A stretch of 64,000 bases of DNA from Ferrithrix thermotolerans DSM 19514 (GCA_945906305.1 CAMDQT010000004.1:66117-130116), one strand, 5' to 3'; numbered from the stretch's first letter, positions 10,486 through 19,575 are shown. Program-made: numbers and translations. Notes: a model not told the origin generated them from the sequence alone.

Positions 10486-12555
10486 TCAGGGCTGATCGGT
10501 GTCGGTGGTTGCGCCCAAGTGGCAGAAGGCGACGATCGCTTCGGTACGTGCGCCCTCGCCAAGCTGGCCGCGAGTCACGGCAATCGGATCGGGACGCAGC
10601 GCCTCGGAGGGTCGACGCGACTGGGTGGAAAAGGCACTTCCCGCCACGTTGAGACAGCCTTTGGCGGCGCCGAGATTCCACATGCCTTCGCGGTCCCCGG
10701 GGCCGTATCCCAACGACGGGAGATTGTGCATGTTCGGGTACATGGCCTCGTCGGTGTGGGCCACGTGGTCCAGGCCCATCATGTGGCCGAGTTCGTGAAG
10801 CAGCAAACCTTCCAGCCCGTTGGGGCCGGTTCCTTGGGTGAAGTTGAGCGTTTCGTTGATGTGAACGAACCCTTGGGCGACGTACGCGTCAGACCCGTTC
10901 CATGGCGTGTAGTAGGCGCCGCCACCAAGTCCTGCGATGCCGCTGATGGAGGGTGACTCTTCGGGGGACACGAAGGCAATGACCGCCTTGACTCCGGCTG
11001 GGGGTTGATGGTTGTGGCCGAGGTCGGTCTCGCCAAGGTCCACCAGGTCGATACCAGTGGCGGCTTCTACCTTGGCTATGGCACGGGCCACCTCGGTCCG
11101 GGCGAAGGACGGTGCGCCGCTGTAGTTGACCTTGTAAGTGAGTGTCGAACACGGATTCCAGCGGGCGAAGCTGCCGTCGCTCATGCGGTAGAGGAAGGCA
11201 TGCGGTCCATCCGAAGGTGGCCCAGTATCCTTGGGCATATAGCCGTCTCGAGGGGTCGCGGCCGTTCCGGTGAAATAGCCGTTGACGTCGATGAGGAGGT
11301 GGGCGCCGGTCAGCGTGTAGAAGGAAAGGCCGAGGCTCGACACGGGAACAAGAGCATGGTTGGGCACGGTCTGACCCGGTCGCACGGCGTTGAGGTTCGA
11401 TGCCAAGGGAAGATCGAGGCCGGCGGCGAAGAGGGTGAAGTAGCCGGCGGCGTTGGTGTCGGTCACGGTGGCGTTGGCCGCCACTGCGGACACCCCGGTG
11501 GAGGGTATGCCATGTCGACCGGCGGTGGTGACATCGAATGTGGTGTTCGCACCCGGTTTGATTCCCGGCCGAGGTGAGAGGTTCGGTAGGCGACTATCGA
11601 GCAGCCGCGCCGGGGTGAGCGGCACGAACAAACCTTCATCGGAGTCTGGGCTCGAGGGTCCGCTGTACCAGCCGTTCAGATCGACCACAACATGGGTTGC
11701 CATCGAGGCATAGATCGTCACCCACCCGTTGTGGAGCGGAACGATGGCCTGGTTGGTGATGGTCTGGCCAGCCACAGATACGTTCAGGTTGGACACCGTG
11801 CCGGGCGGGGTGCCTTTGGGGATGGCCGAGAGAAACCCTTGCCCCTGTGTTTGGGTGACGGTAAGGGTCAACACCGCCGCGGTGGCAGAGCGGGCGATGG
11901 TGCCGAGGCTGGCCACATCGATGTCGACCGTTCCTGCCGGAGCCAGGGCGCCGAAGCGCACGGCATTGGGGGCGCGGGTGTCGATGAGGCGGGTCGGGTT
12001 GAGGATCTGAAGCCGTCCGCTGGTGGACGTCGCGGCCGGGAGGTAATACCCGGCGATGTCGGCGACGAGGTGGGTGCGCGGGTAGGAAAAGAGGCGAACA
12101 CCGCCGGTGCCGAGGCCCACCGTGACGAGGTTGGCGACGGTCTGGCCGGGGTATTCAATGTTCAACGAACTGGTGTCGGGTAGCGCCGCCCCATCGGGGT
12201 AGGCGGTCACGAAGCCAACCGCCTCGGGTTCGGTGACGGTGATGTTCAATACCACCGCAGTGGCCTCGGCAGGAACGGAAGCGACTCCCCCGACGATAGG
12301 TAGCAGCATGCGTTCACGGGCCGCCGCTTTGCCTCGGTGGCCGCCGACGGCGGTGCGGGTATCGAGCACCCTGGTGGGGCTCATTGGTACGTACCTGCTC
12401 GTGGACTCCGCCGGAGCGCTGGCGCTGGCCTGTTCGGTCGCCCCCTGGGGAGCACTCATCACCTTGGCCGGCGGTGGAGCGGGGGCCGTGGCGGGCGATG
12501 GTCCGGTGAAGGACGTGAACATCACAGCGATAATGGCGACCAACCGAGCGAACAC
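10486..12555 (-). CDS. Secreted metzincin (matrixin-like) with three ~115-aa N-terminal repeats
   Basis: Signal-like N-terminus. Three repeats each begin P(T/A)R(V/L)(L/I)D(T/S)R and end (A/N)G(Y/W)(Y/F). C-terminal HELGHMMGLDH followed by a Met-turn (AMYP). GTG start. Confidence 0.75.
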   Translation of the reverse strand: MFARLVAIIAVMFTSFTGPSPATAPAPPPAKVMSAPQGATEQASASAPAESTSRYVPMSPTRVLDTRTAVGGHRGKAAARERMLLPIVGGVASVPAEATAVVLNITVTEPEAVGFVTAYPDGAALPDTSSLNIEYPGQTVANLVTVGLGTGGVRLFSYPRTHLVADIAGYYLPAATSTSGRLQILNPTRLIDTRAPNAVRFGALAPAGTVDIDVASLGTIARSATAAVLTLTVTQTQGQGFLSAIPKGTPPGTVSNLNVSVAGQTITNQAIVPLHNGWVTIYASMATHVVVDLNGWYSGPSSPDSDEGLFVPLTPARLLDSRLPNLSPRPGIKPGANTTFDVTTAGRHGIPSTGVSAVAANATVTDTNAAGYFTLFAAGLDLPLASNLNAVRPGQTVPNHALVPVSSLGLSFYTLTGAHLLIDVNGYFTGTAATPRDGYMPKDTGPPSDGPHAFLYRMSDGSFARWNPCSTLTYKVNYSGAPSFARTEVARAIAKVEAATGIDLVDLGETDLGHNHQPPAGVKAVIAFVSPEESPSISGIAGLGGGAYYTPWNGSDAYVAQGFVHINETLNFTQGTGPNGLEGLLLHELGHMMGLDHVAHTDEAMYPNMHNLPSLGYGPGDREGMWNLGAAKGCLNVAGSAFSTQSRRPSEALRPDPIAVTRGQLGEGARTEAIVAFCHLGATTDTDQP

Positions 12556-12725
12556 CCGAATGTATTCGACGTTCGGGCAGGCAGCCTTTCTGGGCCGATT
12601 GGCCTATTCCAGGTTGGATCATCGAATGTCCACCAAGCGGTGAACGTCTCGGGTCGGGGCAGATTCGAATTGCCTGCGTTGGTCGTCCTACGCTCCCGCG
12701 GAGTCCGAACAGCGAAGGGGAGCAG

Positions 12726-14135
12726 ATGCGAGGCATCATCGCGGCCGGGGGATATGTCCCCTATAACCGCCTGCAACGGAGCAAGATCGGTCAACTACTC
12801 GGTTCGGGGGGAGGTCGCGGCACCCGCTCGGTCGCTTCCTTTGACGAGGACACCACCACGATGGGGGTCGAGGCCGGCCGCGTCGCGTTGAAGAACGGCG
12901 CTGGTGTCGTTCCCAATGCGGTGTTCTTCGCCACCACTGCACCGGCCTATCTCGACAAGAACAACGCCACGGCGGTGCACGCTGCGCTGGACCTGGCGGC
13001 TAATGCGGGCGCGTTCGATATGACCGGTTCGCTGCGCTCCGGCATGGGGGCGTTCATCGCGGCCGCCAACTATGGGTGGGGTTCGGCCCTCTTGGTGGTC
13101 TCGGACACGCGGACCGGCTTGGCGGGAAGCTCCGACGAGGCGAACGCCGGCGATGGCGGGGCCGCCGTGCTCTTCGGTGACGATGCGGCGGGCCCGGTCA
13201 TCGCTGAGATCATCGGTGGGGCCATGCATAGCGCCGAGTTTCTCGATCGCTGGCGCAGCGTTGGTAGCTCCTCGGCCAAGATCTGGGAGGAGCGATTCGC
13301 GGAGGCGGCCTACGATCCGGTGATCAAGGCCGCGGTCGCTGATGCGTATGCCCAGTCCGGAGTCACCGCGCAGCAGATCGACAAGGTCGTGATGACCGGC
13401 ATGGCATCGCGGGCGGTGCGTAGTGCCGCCAAGTACGTCGGCGTGGCCCCCGACAAGTTCGTGGACACGTTCGAGGAGACCGTCGGTAACACCGGGACGG
13501 CCCACTTCGCGCTCATGTTGGTGCACGCGCTCGAAACGTCCGCTCCGGGGGAGACCATCCTGGTCATCAACGCGGCCGACGGCTGCGATGTCTGCATCCT
13601 GCGCACCACCGATGCGATCGCTGGCTACCGGTCCGTCAACACCGTGGCGGAGCAACTACGCGGCGGAAACGACGGGCTCGACTATGGCAAATTCCTAACC
13701 TGGAAGGGTCAGTTGACCCGGGAGCCGCCCCGCCGACCCGATCCCGACCGCCCGGGCGCGCCGCCTATGTTCCGCTCCGAGAAGTGGAAGTTCGCCTTCC
13801 ACGGCTCGCGTGACCGCTCGACGGGGACCGTGCATTTGCCACCGCAGCGGGTGTCGATCCGGGGCGGAGCCGTGGACGACATGCAGGACGTGGCCATGGC
13901 CGATGTCCCCGGCACCATCACCACCTTCACCATCGACCGGTTGGCCTTCTCGCTGTCGCCCCCGTTGGTGGCGGCGGTCGTCGACTTCGACGGTGGGGGC
14001 CGCTATCCGGTGGAGATGACCGACATGGACCCCGCCGAGGTCAAGATCGGCATGCGGGTCACGATGACATTCCGGCGGCTGTACACCGTGGACGGCATCC
14101 ATAACTACTTCTGGAAGGCTCGTCCGCTTCGCTGA
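12726..14135 (+). CDS. HMG-CoA synthase-like (thiolase-fold) domain fused to DUF35 OB-fold domain; apparently non-catalytic
   Basis: N-terminal GGYVPYNRL...SFDEDTTTMGVEAG resembles archaeal-type HMGCS. The C-terminal ~120 aa resembles a DUF35 OB fold (VPGTITTFTIDR...). SD GAAGGGGAG upstream. See findings for the missing Cys and Glu. Confidence 0.65.
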   Translation: MRGIIAAGGYVPYNRLQRSKIGQLLGSGGGRGTRSVASFDEDTTTMGVEAGRVALKNGAGVVPNAVFFATTAPAYLDKNNATAVHAALDLAANAGAFDMTGSLRSGMGAFIAAANYGWGSALLVVSDTRTGLAGSSDEANAGDGGAAVLFGDDAAGPVIAEIIGGAMHSAEFLDRWRSVGSSSAKIWEERFAEAAYDPVIKAAVADAYAQSGVTAQQIDKVVMTGMASRAVRSAAKYVGVAPDKFVDTFEETVGNTGTAHFALMLVHALETSAPGETILVINAADGCDVCILRTTDAIAGYRSVNTVAEQLRGGNDGLDYGKFLTWKGQLTREPPRRPDPDRPGAPPMFRSEKWKFAFHGSRDRSTGTVHLPPQRVSIRGGAVDDMQDVAMADVPGTITTFTIDRLAFSLSPPLVAAVVDFDGGGRYPVEMTDMDPAEVKIGMRVTMTFRRLYTVDGIHNYFWKARPLR

Positions 14136-14174
14136 GGGCGCCCGAGCTGTGCTCGCCGCAGCGGGGGGCGAAGC

Positions 14175-14600
14175 TCAGATGCGTTCGACGAAGACCTTGT
14201 CGGCGAACAAGGCCATTGCTTCGATGGTCGGCCGGTTGCCAACCAGTACCGTCCCGCCTGGCTCGGCCAAGGCCACGACTAGGGCGTCCACTGCGGTGCC
14301 GCGGTTGACCGCGGTTCGGAGCCACGCGGCTCGGCGGGCGAGATCTTCGCTGAGGTCCTCGACCAGTAGGCAACAGCGCAGAAGACACTGCACGTTGTGG
14401 TCGATTGCGTCGTCACCCGTCAGCGCTTCGGCCACGACCACGGTCGGAACCCGGGCTGGCCACAGGCCGGCGTTGCGCAGTCGGGCCAACAGAACGGCCG
14501 AGCGCGACGACCCGTCCGCTAGCCGCCGCACGGCGCTTGCATCGAGGACCAGGTTCCAACTGGTCCCGATGGGGCGCGGTTCAGCCCCCAAAGCGGGCAC
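14175..14600 (-). CDS. vapC: PIN-domain toxin (VapC-like)
   Basis: LVLDASA N-terminal acidic motif, VVVAEAL, and AVDALVVALA. Overlaps the upstream antitoxin stop. The true start may lie slightly downstream. Confidence 0.65.
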   Translation of the reverse strand: MPALGAEPRPIGTSWNLVLDASAVRRLADGSSRSAVLLARLRNAGLWPARVPTVVVAEALTGDDAIDHNVQCLLRCCLLVEDLSEDLARRAAWLRTAVNRGTAVDALVVALAEPGGTVLVGNRPTIEAMALFADKVFVERI

Positions 14601-14823
14601 GGCTCAGCCGCCGCACGATGATGTCGGCCCGCTCGTGGTCAGCGGCCGTCGCTCGCTGAAGTGCATTCGCCAGGCCGGCGAGATGGGCATCGGTGGCAGC
14701 GAGGAGGTCAAGCCGTTCGATCTCGGTGCGCAGCGCGGCTTGCAACATTTCCGACGCCGGCAGGTTCCGCTTCTTGAGCTCGTGGTAGAGGTCGTCGGGG
14801 AGGTACACCTGCAGCCGCGGCAT
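14581..14823 (-). CDS. vapB: Ribbon-helix-helix antitoxin (VapB/CopG-like)
   Basis: MPRLQVYLPDDLYHELKKR gives a beta-strand plus helix typical of RHH. 81 aa from the ATG at 14823. Confidence 0.65.
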   Translation of the reverse strand: MPRLQVYLPDDLYHELKKRNLPASEMLQAALRTEIERLDLLAATDAHLAGLANALQRATAADHERADIIVRRLSRARFGG

Positions 14824-14860
14824 ACGCCTAACTATACGCCTATACGGCTTGGGTTTGACA
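14821..14860 (-). promoter_or_regulatory. Candidate TA promoter/operator
   Basis: Direct repeat ATACGCCTA at 14822-14830 and 14834-14842 overlaps the antitoxin start codon. On the minus strand, TTGTCA-N19-TATAGT ends 7 nt before the ATG, which suggests a leaderless transcript. Confidence 0.35.
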
Positions 14861-14907
14861 AGCTGGTCAACTACGATCGGGCTCAACGGCAGAAGGGGAG
14901 CACCAAG

Positions 14908-16098
14908 ATGAGTTCAAACGGCATTCGTGACAAGGTCGCCATCGTCGGCATGGGCTGCACGCCTTTCGGTGAGCATTGGGGTAAAGACGTCGATGACCTG
15001 TTGGTCGACGCCACCGAGGAGTGCTTCCGCACCTCAGGCATCGGCAAGGACCAGATCGATGCGTTCTGGCTCGGCACGATGGGCTCGGGCGTGTCCGGGC
15101 TCACCCTGAGCCGGCCGCTGAAGATCGACTACAAGCCGGTCACCCGGCTCGAGAACATGTGCGCCACTGGCTCGGAGGCATTCCGCAACGCCTGTTATGC
15201 CGTCGCCTGCGGTGCCTATGACATGGTCATGGCCGTCGGCGTCGAGAAGCTGAAAGATTCCGGCTTCTCCGGGCTGGTTTCCGCCGCGCCACCAGCGGAC
15301 GGTACCCACCCCACGATCACCGCTCCGGCGACCTTCTCCCTACTCGCCCCGGCCTATGGCCACAAGTACGGGGTCAACGAGGAGGACATGAAGGAGGTCA
15401 TGACCCGTATCGCGTGGAAGAACCACAAGAACGGTGCGCTCAACCCGCGGGCTCAGTTCAAGAAGGAAGTGGGCAAAGACGTCATCTGCAACAGCCCGCT
15501 GGTGGCAGGTCCGCTGGGCATCTTCGACTGCTCCGGCGTGTCCGACGGTGCCGCCTGCGCCATCATCGTGCGGGCCGAAGACGCTCACAAGTACACCGAC
15601 AAGCCGCTTTTCGTGAAGGCGCTGTCCTTCACCGCTGGCCCCGCGTTCGGCCCGATGGACCCCGACTACGACTACACCACCTTCACCGAGGTGTCCAAGT
15701 GCGCCGAGGATGCCTACCAGCAGGCCGGGGTAACCGACCCTCGCAGCCAGCTTGCTATGGCGGAGGTGCACGACTGCTTCACCCCCACTGAGTTGGTGCT
15801 GATGGAGGACCTCTCCTTCGCAGAGCGGGGCACCGCCTGGAAGGAAGTGCTCGCCGGTACTTTCGACCTCGACGGCGATCTTCCGGTCAACCCCGACGGT
15901 GGTCTCAAGAGCTTCGGCCACCCCATCGGTGCATCGGGTTTGCGGATGCTGTTCGAGTGCTGGCTGCAGTTACGGGGCGAGGCGCCGCCGGAGCGTCAGA
16001 TCAAGACCAACCGGACCCTCGGCCTCACCCACAACCTCGGCGGCCAGCCTGGTGCGTGTGTGAGCTTTATCTCAATCTGGGGCACCGAACTCGGCTGA
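14908..16098 (+). CDS. Thiolase-like protein (SCP-x / lipid-transfer-protein type acetyl-CoA acetyltransferase)
   Basis: VAIVGMGCTPFG N-terminus, nucleophile context RLENMCATGSEAF, and C-terminal GHPIGASG and HNLGG. SD GAAGGGGAG lies 8 nt upstream. Confidence 0.85.
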   Translation: MSSNGIRDKVAIVGMGCTPFGEHWGKDVDDLLVDATEECFRTSGIGKDQIDAFWLGTMGSGVSGLTLSRPLKIDYKPVTRLENMCATGSEAFRNACYAVACGAYDMVMAVGVEKLKDSGFSGLVSAAPPADGTHPTITAPATFSLLAPAYGHKYGVNEEDMKEVMTRIAWKNHKNGALNPRAQFKKEVGKDVICNSPLVAGPLGIFDCSGVSDGAACAIIVRAEDAHKYTDKPLFVKALSFTAGPAFGPMDPDYDYTTFTEVSKCAEDAYQQAGVTDPRSQLAMAEVHDCFTPTELVLMEDLSFAERGTAWKEVLAGTFDLDGDLPVNPDGGLKSFGHPIGASGLRMLFECWLQLRGEAPPERQIKTNRTLGLTHNLGGQPGACVSFISIWGTELG

Positions 16099-16124
16099 GT
16101 AGGTCCTCTGAAGACATCGACCAA

Positions 16125-16163
16125 GGGTCCGGCCGTCACGCGGTCGGACCCGGTTGTGTTTTC
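16125..16163 (+). terminator. Intrinsic terminator after the thiolase gene
   Basis: 11-bp stem GGGTCCGGCCG/CGGTCGGACCC (one G-U pair), 5-nt loop, then GGTTGTGTTTTC. Confidence 0.55.
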
Positions 16164-16185
16164 GGGGCCGGTCCGGCGGGCGCAA

Positions 16186-18063
16186 TCAGCCCAACGAACG
16201 GCGCGTGTCCAACACGGTTCGTACCCGCTGCGCGATGCTGGCGGCGTCGAGGCCGAGGTCGCGCAGAATGTCATCGGGCTTGCCGTGGGGCAGGAATCGG
16301 TCGGGGACTCCCAACACGTCAACCTCGCACGGAGCGCACCCGGTGCTCAGGCCATGTTGGGCTATGGCCTGAGCGATGGCGCTTCCCGCTCCGCCGTCTC
16401 GCAGGCCATCCTCGATGGTGAGGACCAGTTCGTGCGCCGCGGCGTCGGCGATGAGTTTGGGGTCGAGTGGCTTGACCACCCTGACGTCCCACACGGTGGT
16501 TTCGATGCCCTCGGCTTCGAGCAGCGCGGCCGCTTCGAGTGCGGCTCCCACCATCTTGCCGATACCGAGAAGACCCACCGCGCCCGCTCCTCGACCGGGC
16601 TTGCCATCTACCAGGCGAAGGCTGTGCAGGCCCGATCCGACCGCCTCTGGTGGCACGTTTCGGGCGGTGGTCTTGGGAAAGCGGATGGCCGAGGGCCCAG
16701 GCAGTTCGAGCGCATCGTGCAGCATGACCTGCAGGTCCTGGTAAGAGGACGGTGCGAATACCGTCATGCCGGGGACCTTGGTCAACAGCGCGAGGTCGAG
16801 TATGCCGTGATGGGAGGGGCCATCGTCACCGGTGATGCCGGCGCGGTCGAGGCAGAACACCACCGGAAGGTTGTGGAGGCCGACGTCGTAGTTGAGCTGA
16901 TCGAAGGCCCGGGTGAGGAACGTGGAGTACAACGCGACGACGGGCCGCAAGCCTCCCATGGCCATGCCCGCCGCCGAGGTGACCGCGTGCTGTTCGGCGA
17001 TACCGACGTCAAAGAAGCGATCGGGGTGGGCAGCAGAAAAGGGGAGCAATCCGGTTGAATCGGGCATTGCGGCGGTGATGGCCACCAGCTCAGGGCGCGA
17101 TTCCGCCTCTTTCATCAGCGCATCGGAGAACGCTGCGGTGTATGAGCCCGCCTTGAATTCGGACAGGTCATGCAGTTTTTTGACGGGGTCGTTCTCCGCC
17201 GGGGCGTAGCCGCGCCCTTTGTCGGTAAGGACGTGGAGCACGACTGGTCCGCCCTTGTAGGCCTTCACCTGGCGCAGGGCATGTTCAAGCTCGGCCAGGT
17301 TGTGGCCGTCGACGGGCCCGGCGTAACGCACGCCGAGTTCCTCGAAGAAGGTCCGCGGCTCCCACAACTCCCGGATCGCCGCCTTCGTGGCATCCCAGCC
17401 CCGTTCGAGCAGCTCGCTGCCCACCCCGACCTTGCGTACGAGGTGGCGAACTCGGTCTTGTTGGCGCAGGAGATCGGGCGAGAGACGGAGCTTGATCAGC
17501 CCTTCGGACAGCTTGGAGATGGTAGGAGCGTAGGAACGGCCGTTGTCGTTGAGGATGATCACCACGCGACGTCCGGAGTGGCCGAGATTGTTGAGGCCCT
17601 CGAAGGCCATGCCCCCGGTCAACGAGCCGTCGCCGACGACCGCTACCACGCGTCGATCCTGGCGTCGGTGGACCTCGAAGGCGGAGGCCAGACCGTGGGC
17701 GTAGGACAAGATGGTGGAGGCGTGGCTGTTCTCGACCCAGTCATGTTCGGACTCGGCCCTGGAGGGGTAACCGGACAGCCCGCCTGCTTGGCGGAGCCGA
17801 CCGAAGCCCGCGGTTCGTCCGGTGACGATCTTGTGGACGTACGCCTGGTGGCCGGTGTCCCAAAGGATCGGGTCCTTAGGCGAGTCGAAGACCCGATGCA
17901 ACGCCAGGGTCAGTTCAACGACCCCGAGGTTGGAGCCAAGGTGGCCGCCGTGGGTGTTGACGGCATCCACGACGAAGGTGCGGATCTCCGCGGCCAACTG
18001 CTCAAGTTCGGGGTGGGAAAGTTTGCGCAGGTCAGCCGGTCCGGCGACGTGGTCGAGGAGCAT
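16186..18063 (-). CDS. dxs: 1-deoxy-D-xylulose-5-phosphate synthase
   Basis: GGHLGSNLGVVELTLALH, WDTGHQAYVHKI and GDGSLTGGMAFEGLN motifs. Start taken at MLLDH. Confidence 0.95.
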   Translation of the reverse strand: MLLDHVAGPADLRKLSHPELEQLAAEIRTFVVDAVNTHGGHLGSNLGVVELTLALHRVFDSPKDPILWDTGHQAYVHKIVTGRTAGFGRLRQAGGLSGYPSRAESEHDWVENSHASTILSYAHGLASAFEVHRRQDRRVVAVVGDGSLTGGMAFEGLNNLGHSGRRVVIILNDNGRSYAPTISKLSEGLIKLRLSPDLLRQQDRVRHLVRKVGVGSELLERGWDATKAAIRELWEPRTFFEELGVRYAGPVDGHNLAELEHALRQVKAYKGGPVVLHVLTDKGRGYAPAENDPVKKLHDLSEFKAGSYTAAFSDALMKEAESRPELVAITAAMPDSTGLLPFSAAHPDRFFDVGIAEQHAVTSAAGMAMGGLRPVVALYSTFLTRAFDQLNYDVGLHNLPVVFCLDRAGITGDDGPSHHGILDLALLTKVPGMTVFAPSSYQDLQVMLHDALELPGPSAIRFPKTTARNVPPEAVGSGLHSLRLVDGKPGRGAGAVGLLGIGKMVGAALEAAALLEAEGIETTVWDVRVVKPLDPKLIADAAAHELVLTIEDGLRDGGAGSAIAQAIAQHGLSTGCAPCEVDVLGVPDRFLPHGKPDDILRDLGLDAASIAQRVRTVLDTRRSLG

Positions 18064-18189
18064 GAACGCTGCTGGTCCTCTCGATCTGCAGTTCCGCACA
18101 CGTTAGCGACCCATCGGGCTACGTGGGCTGCAGACCGAACACGGCGTCGGGCCCTGATGCCGAGTCCGACGCAAGGCGTGGTCATCGAG

Positions 18190-19035
18190 TTAGGTGGCGG
18201 GTGGGGCCAACACCGTAGGGGTGCGCTGCCCGCGTGCCTTGACGTAATCGATCCGTCCGGCGATGAGGTAGCCGATCTGGAAGGCCGCAACCCCGCCGAC
18301 GGCATCGAGCCAGTAGTGATTGGCGGTGACCACAATGGCGAACACGGTCGCGGGTATGTACAGCAGCACCAACCGGCGCAGCCACCGCGCCCGGATGAAG
18401 GGAAACACGGCCAGAACACACCACAGCGACCAGCCGACGTGCAGGCTGGGCATGGCCGCAAATTGGTTCGACACGGTCTGCATCGTGGCGGAGTTGAACG
18501 ACCACAACGTCGGGAAGTGATGCAGTGTGTCCACGAAGCCGCTGAAGCGCGCGTCACCGCCGCCGTAGAGGCCGGTGTCCGCGAGCAGCCGCGGTGGCAT
18601 CAGCGGGAAAAGGCTGAAGCCGACCAAGGCCAACCCGGTCATAGCGGCGAGCGTGTTGCGCCACCGGGGGTAGATGTCCGGGTGGCGACGAAACAGCCAC
18701 ACCATCACCCCCGCGGTGACCACGAAGTGCAGTGTGCCGTAGTAGAGGTTCCAGAACCGGAGGAACAGCGTGCTCAACCCCAGAAAGAATCGTTGGATGT
18801 CGGCCTCGACGAAGCCGCCGACGAGTTGTTCCAGGCGAATCACCCGAATGGCATTGCGCTGGGCCAGCGACGGATCCACTGCGTTGGAGCCGAATTGATT
18901 CCGGATAACGGAGTAGATGCCGTAGAAGGCCGCCACCGTGGCAACCTCCTGATACCACCGCAAACGGGTCGCGGCGCGTGCCACGCCAGCAGGGTCCAGC
19001 CTTACGCTTGTCGAACCGTCAGAGACGTAGGCCAC
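18190..19035 (-). CDS. PAP2_C-type membrane protein (AUR1/IPC-synthase-like phosphotransferase fold)
   Basis: Multi-TM protein with AAMPSLHVGWS and TANHYWLDAVGG motifs. Confidence 0.65.
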   Translation of the reverse strand: MAYVSDGSTSVRLDPAGVARAATRLRWYQEVATVAAFYGIYSVIRNQFGSNAVDPSLAQRNAIRVIRLEQLVGGFVEADIQRFFLGLSTLFLRFWNLYYGTLHFVVTAGVMVWLFRRHPDIYPRWRNTLAAMTGLALVGFSLFPLMPPRLLADTGLYGGGDARFSGFVDTLHHFPTLWSFNSATMQTVSNQFAAMPSLHVGWSLWCVLAVFPFIRARWLRRLVLLYIPATVFAIVVTANHYWLDAVGGVAAFQIGYLIAGRIDYVKARGQRTPTVLAPPAT

Positions 19036-19115
19036 GGTCCCCCCGGCCGGGATCAGGAAGCCGTCAGGCTAGCCAGCTCCCGGTGGGTGTAGCACAACTT
19101 CGCGGCAGGGTTAAC

Positions 19116-19547
19116 TCAACGCAACTTGTCGAGGAACCGTTGGCGGTCCACGGAAACCCGGGTGACTCGACCTACGGCGACGAGGCCACGGTCGTCGTGG
19201 ACGGTGACCTTGAAGTTGAGACGAGGCCCGTCGAGTTCCTCCAGCACAGCTTCCACTCGCACCGAGGACCCCACGGCAGTCGGCGCGAGGTGGTCGAGTT
19301 GTACCCGCATGCCCACCGTCGTGCGGTCCGCGTCGAGGTGGCCAGCAATGGCGACGAGGGTGGCGGCCTCGCACCAGGCGACCACCCGGGGTGTGGCGAG
19401 TACCGCGACGTCGCCCGACCCGACGGCTATGGCCGTATCAGCGTCGGCGACGGTGTGCACGACCTCGGCCCGTAGGCCCTGCTCCAAGGACACAAGTCGA
19501 TACGATACGGCGGTCGGCACCTCCAGCACCACCCGCCGGGTCGTCAT
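19116..19547 (-). CDS. Hotdog-fold thioesterase (FlK/YbgC-like)
   Basis: 143 aa from MTTRRVV. Pattern ATPRVVAWCEAA...GMRVQLDHLAPT typical of small acyl-CoA thioesterases. Confidence 0.65.
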   Translation of the reverse strand: MTTRRVVLEVPTAVSYRLVSLEQGLRAEVVHTVADADTAIAVGSGDVAVLATPRVVAWCEAATLVAIAGHLDADRTTVGMRVQLDHLAPTAVGSSVRVEAVLEELDGPRLNFKVTVHDDRGLVAVGRVTRVSVDRQRFLDKLR

Positions 19548-19575
19548 GCCGCCTCTCTCGCCCCGGGTAGGTCCG

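Noticed and set aside
14149-14907. N-terminal 250-aa extension of the thiolase ORF (14149-16098 as listed).
   Set aside because: The extension is antisense to the VapBC genes and has junk composition. A strong SD plus ATG at 14908 gives a canonical thiolase N-terminus.
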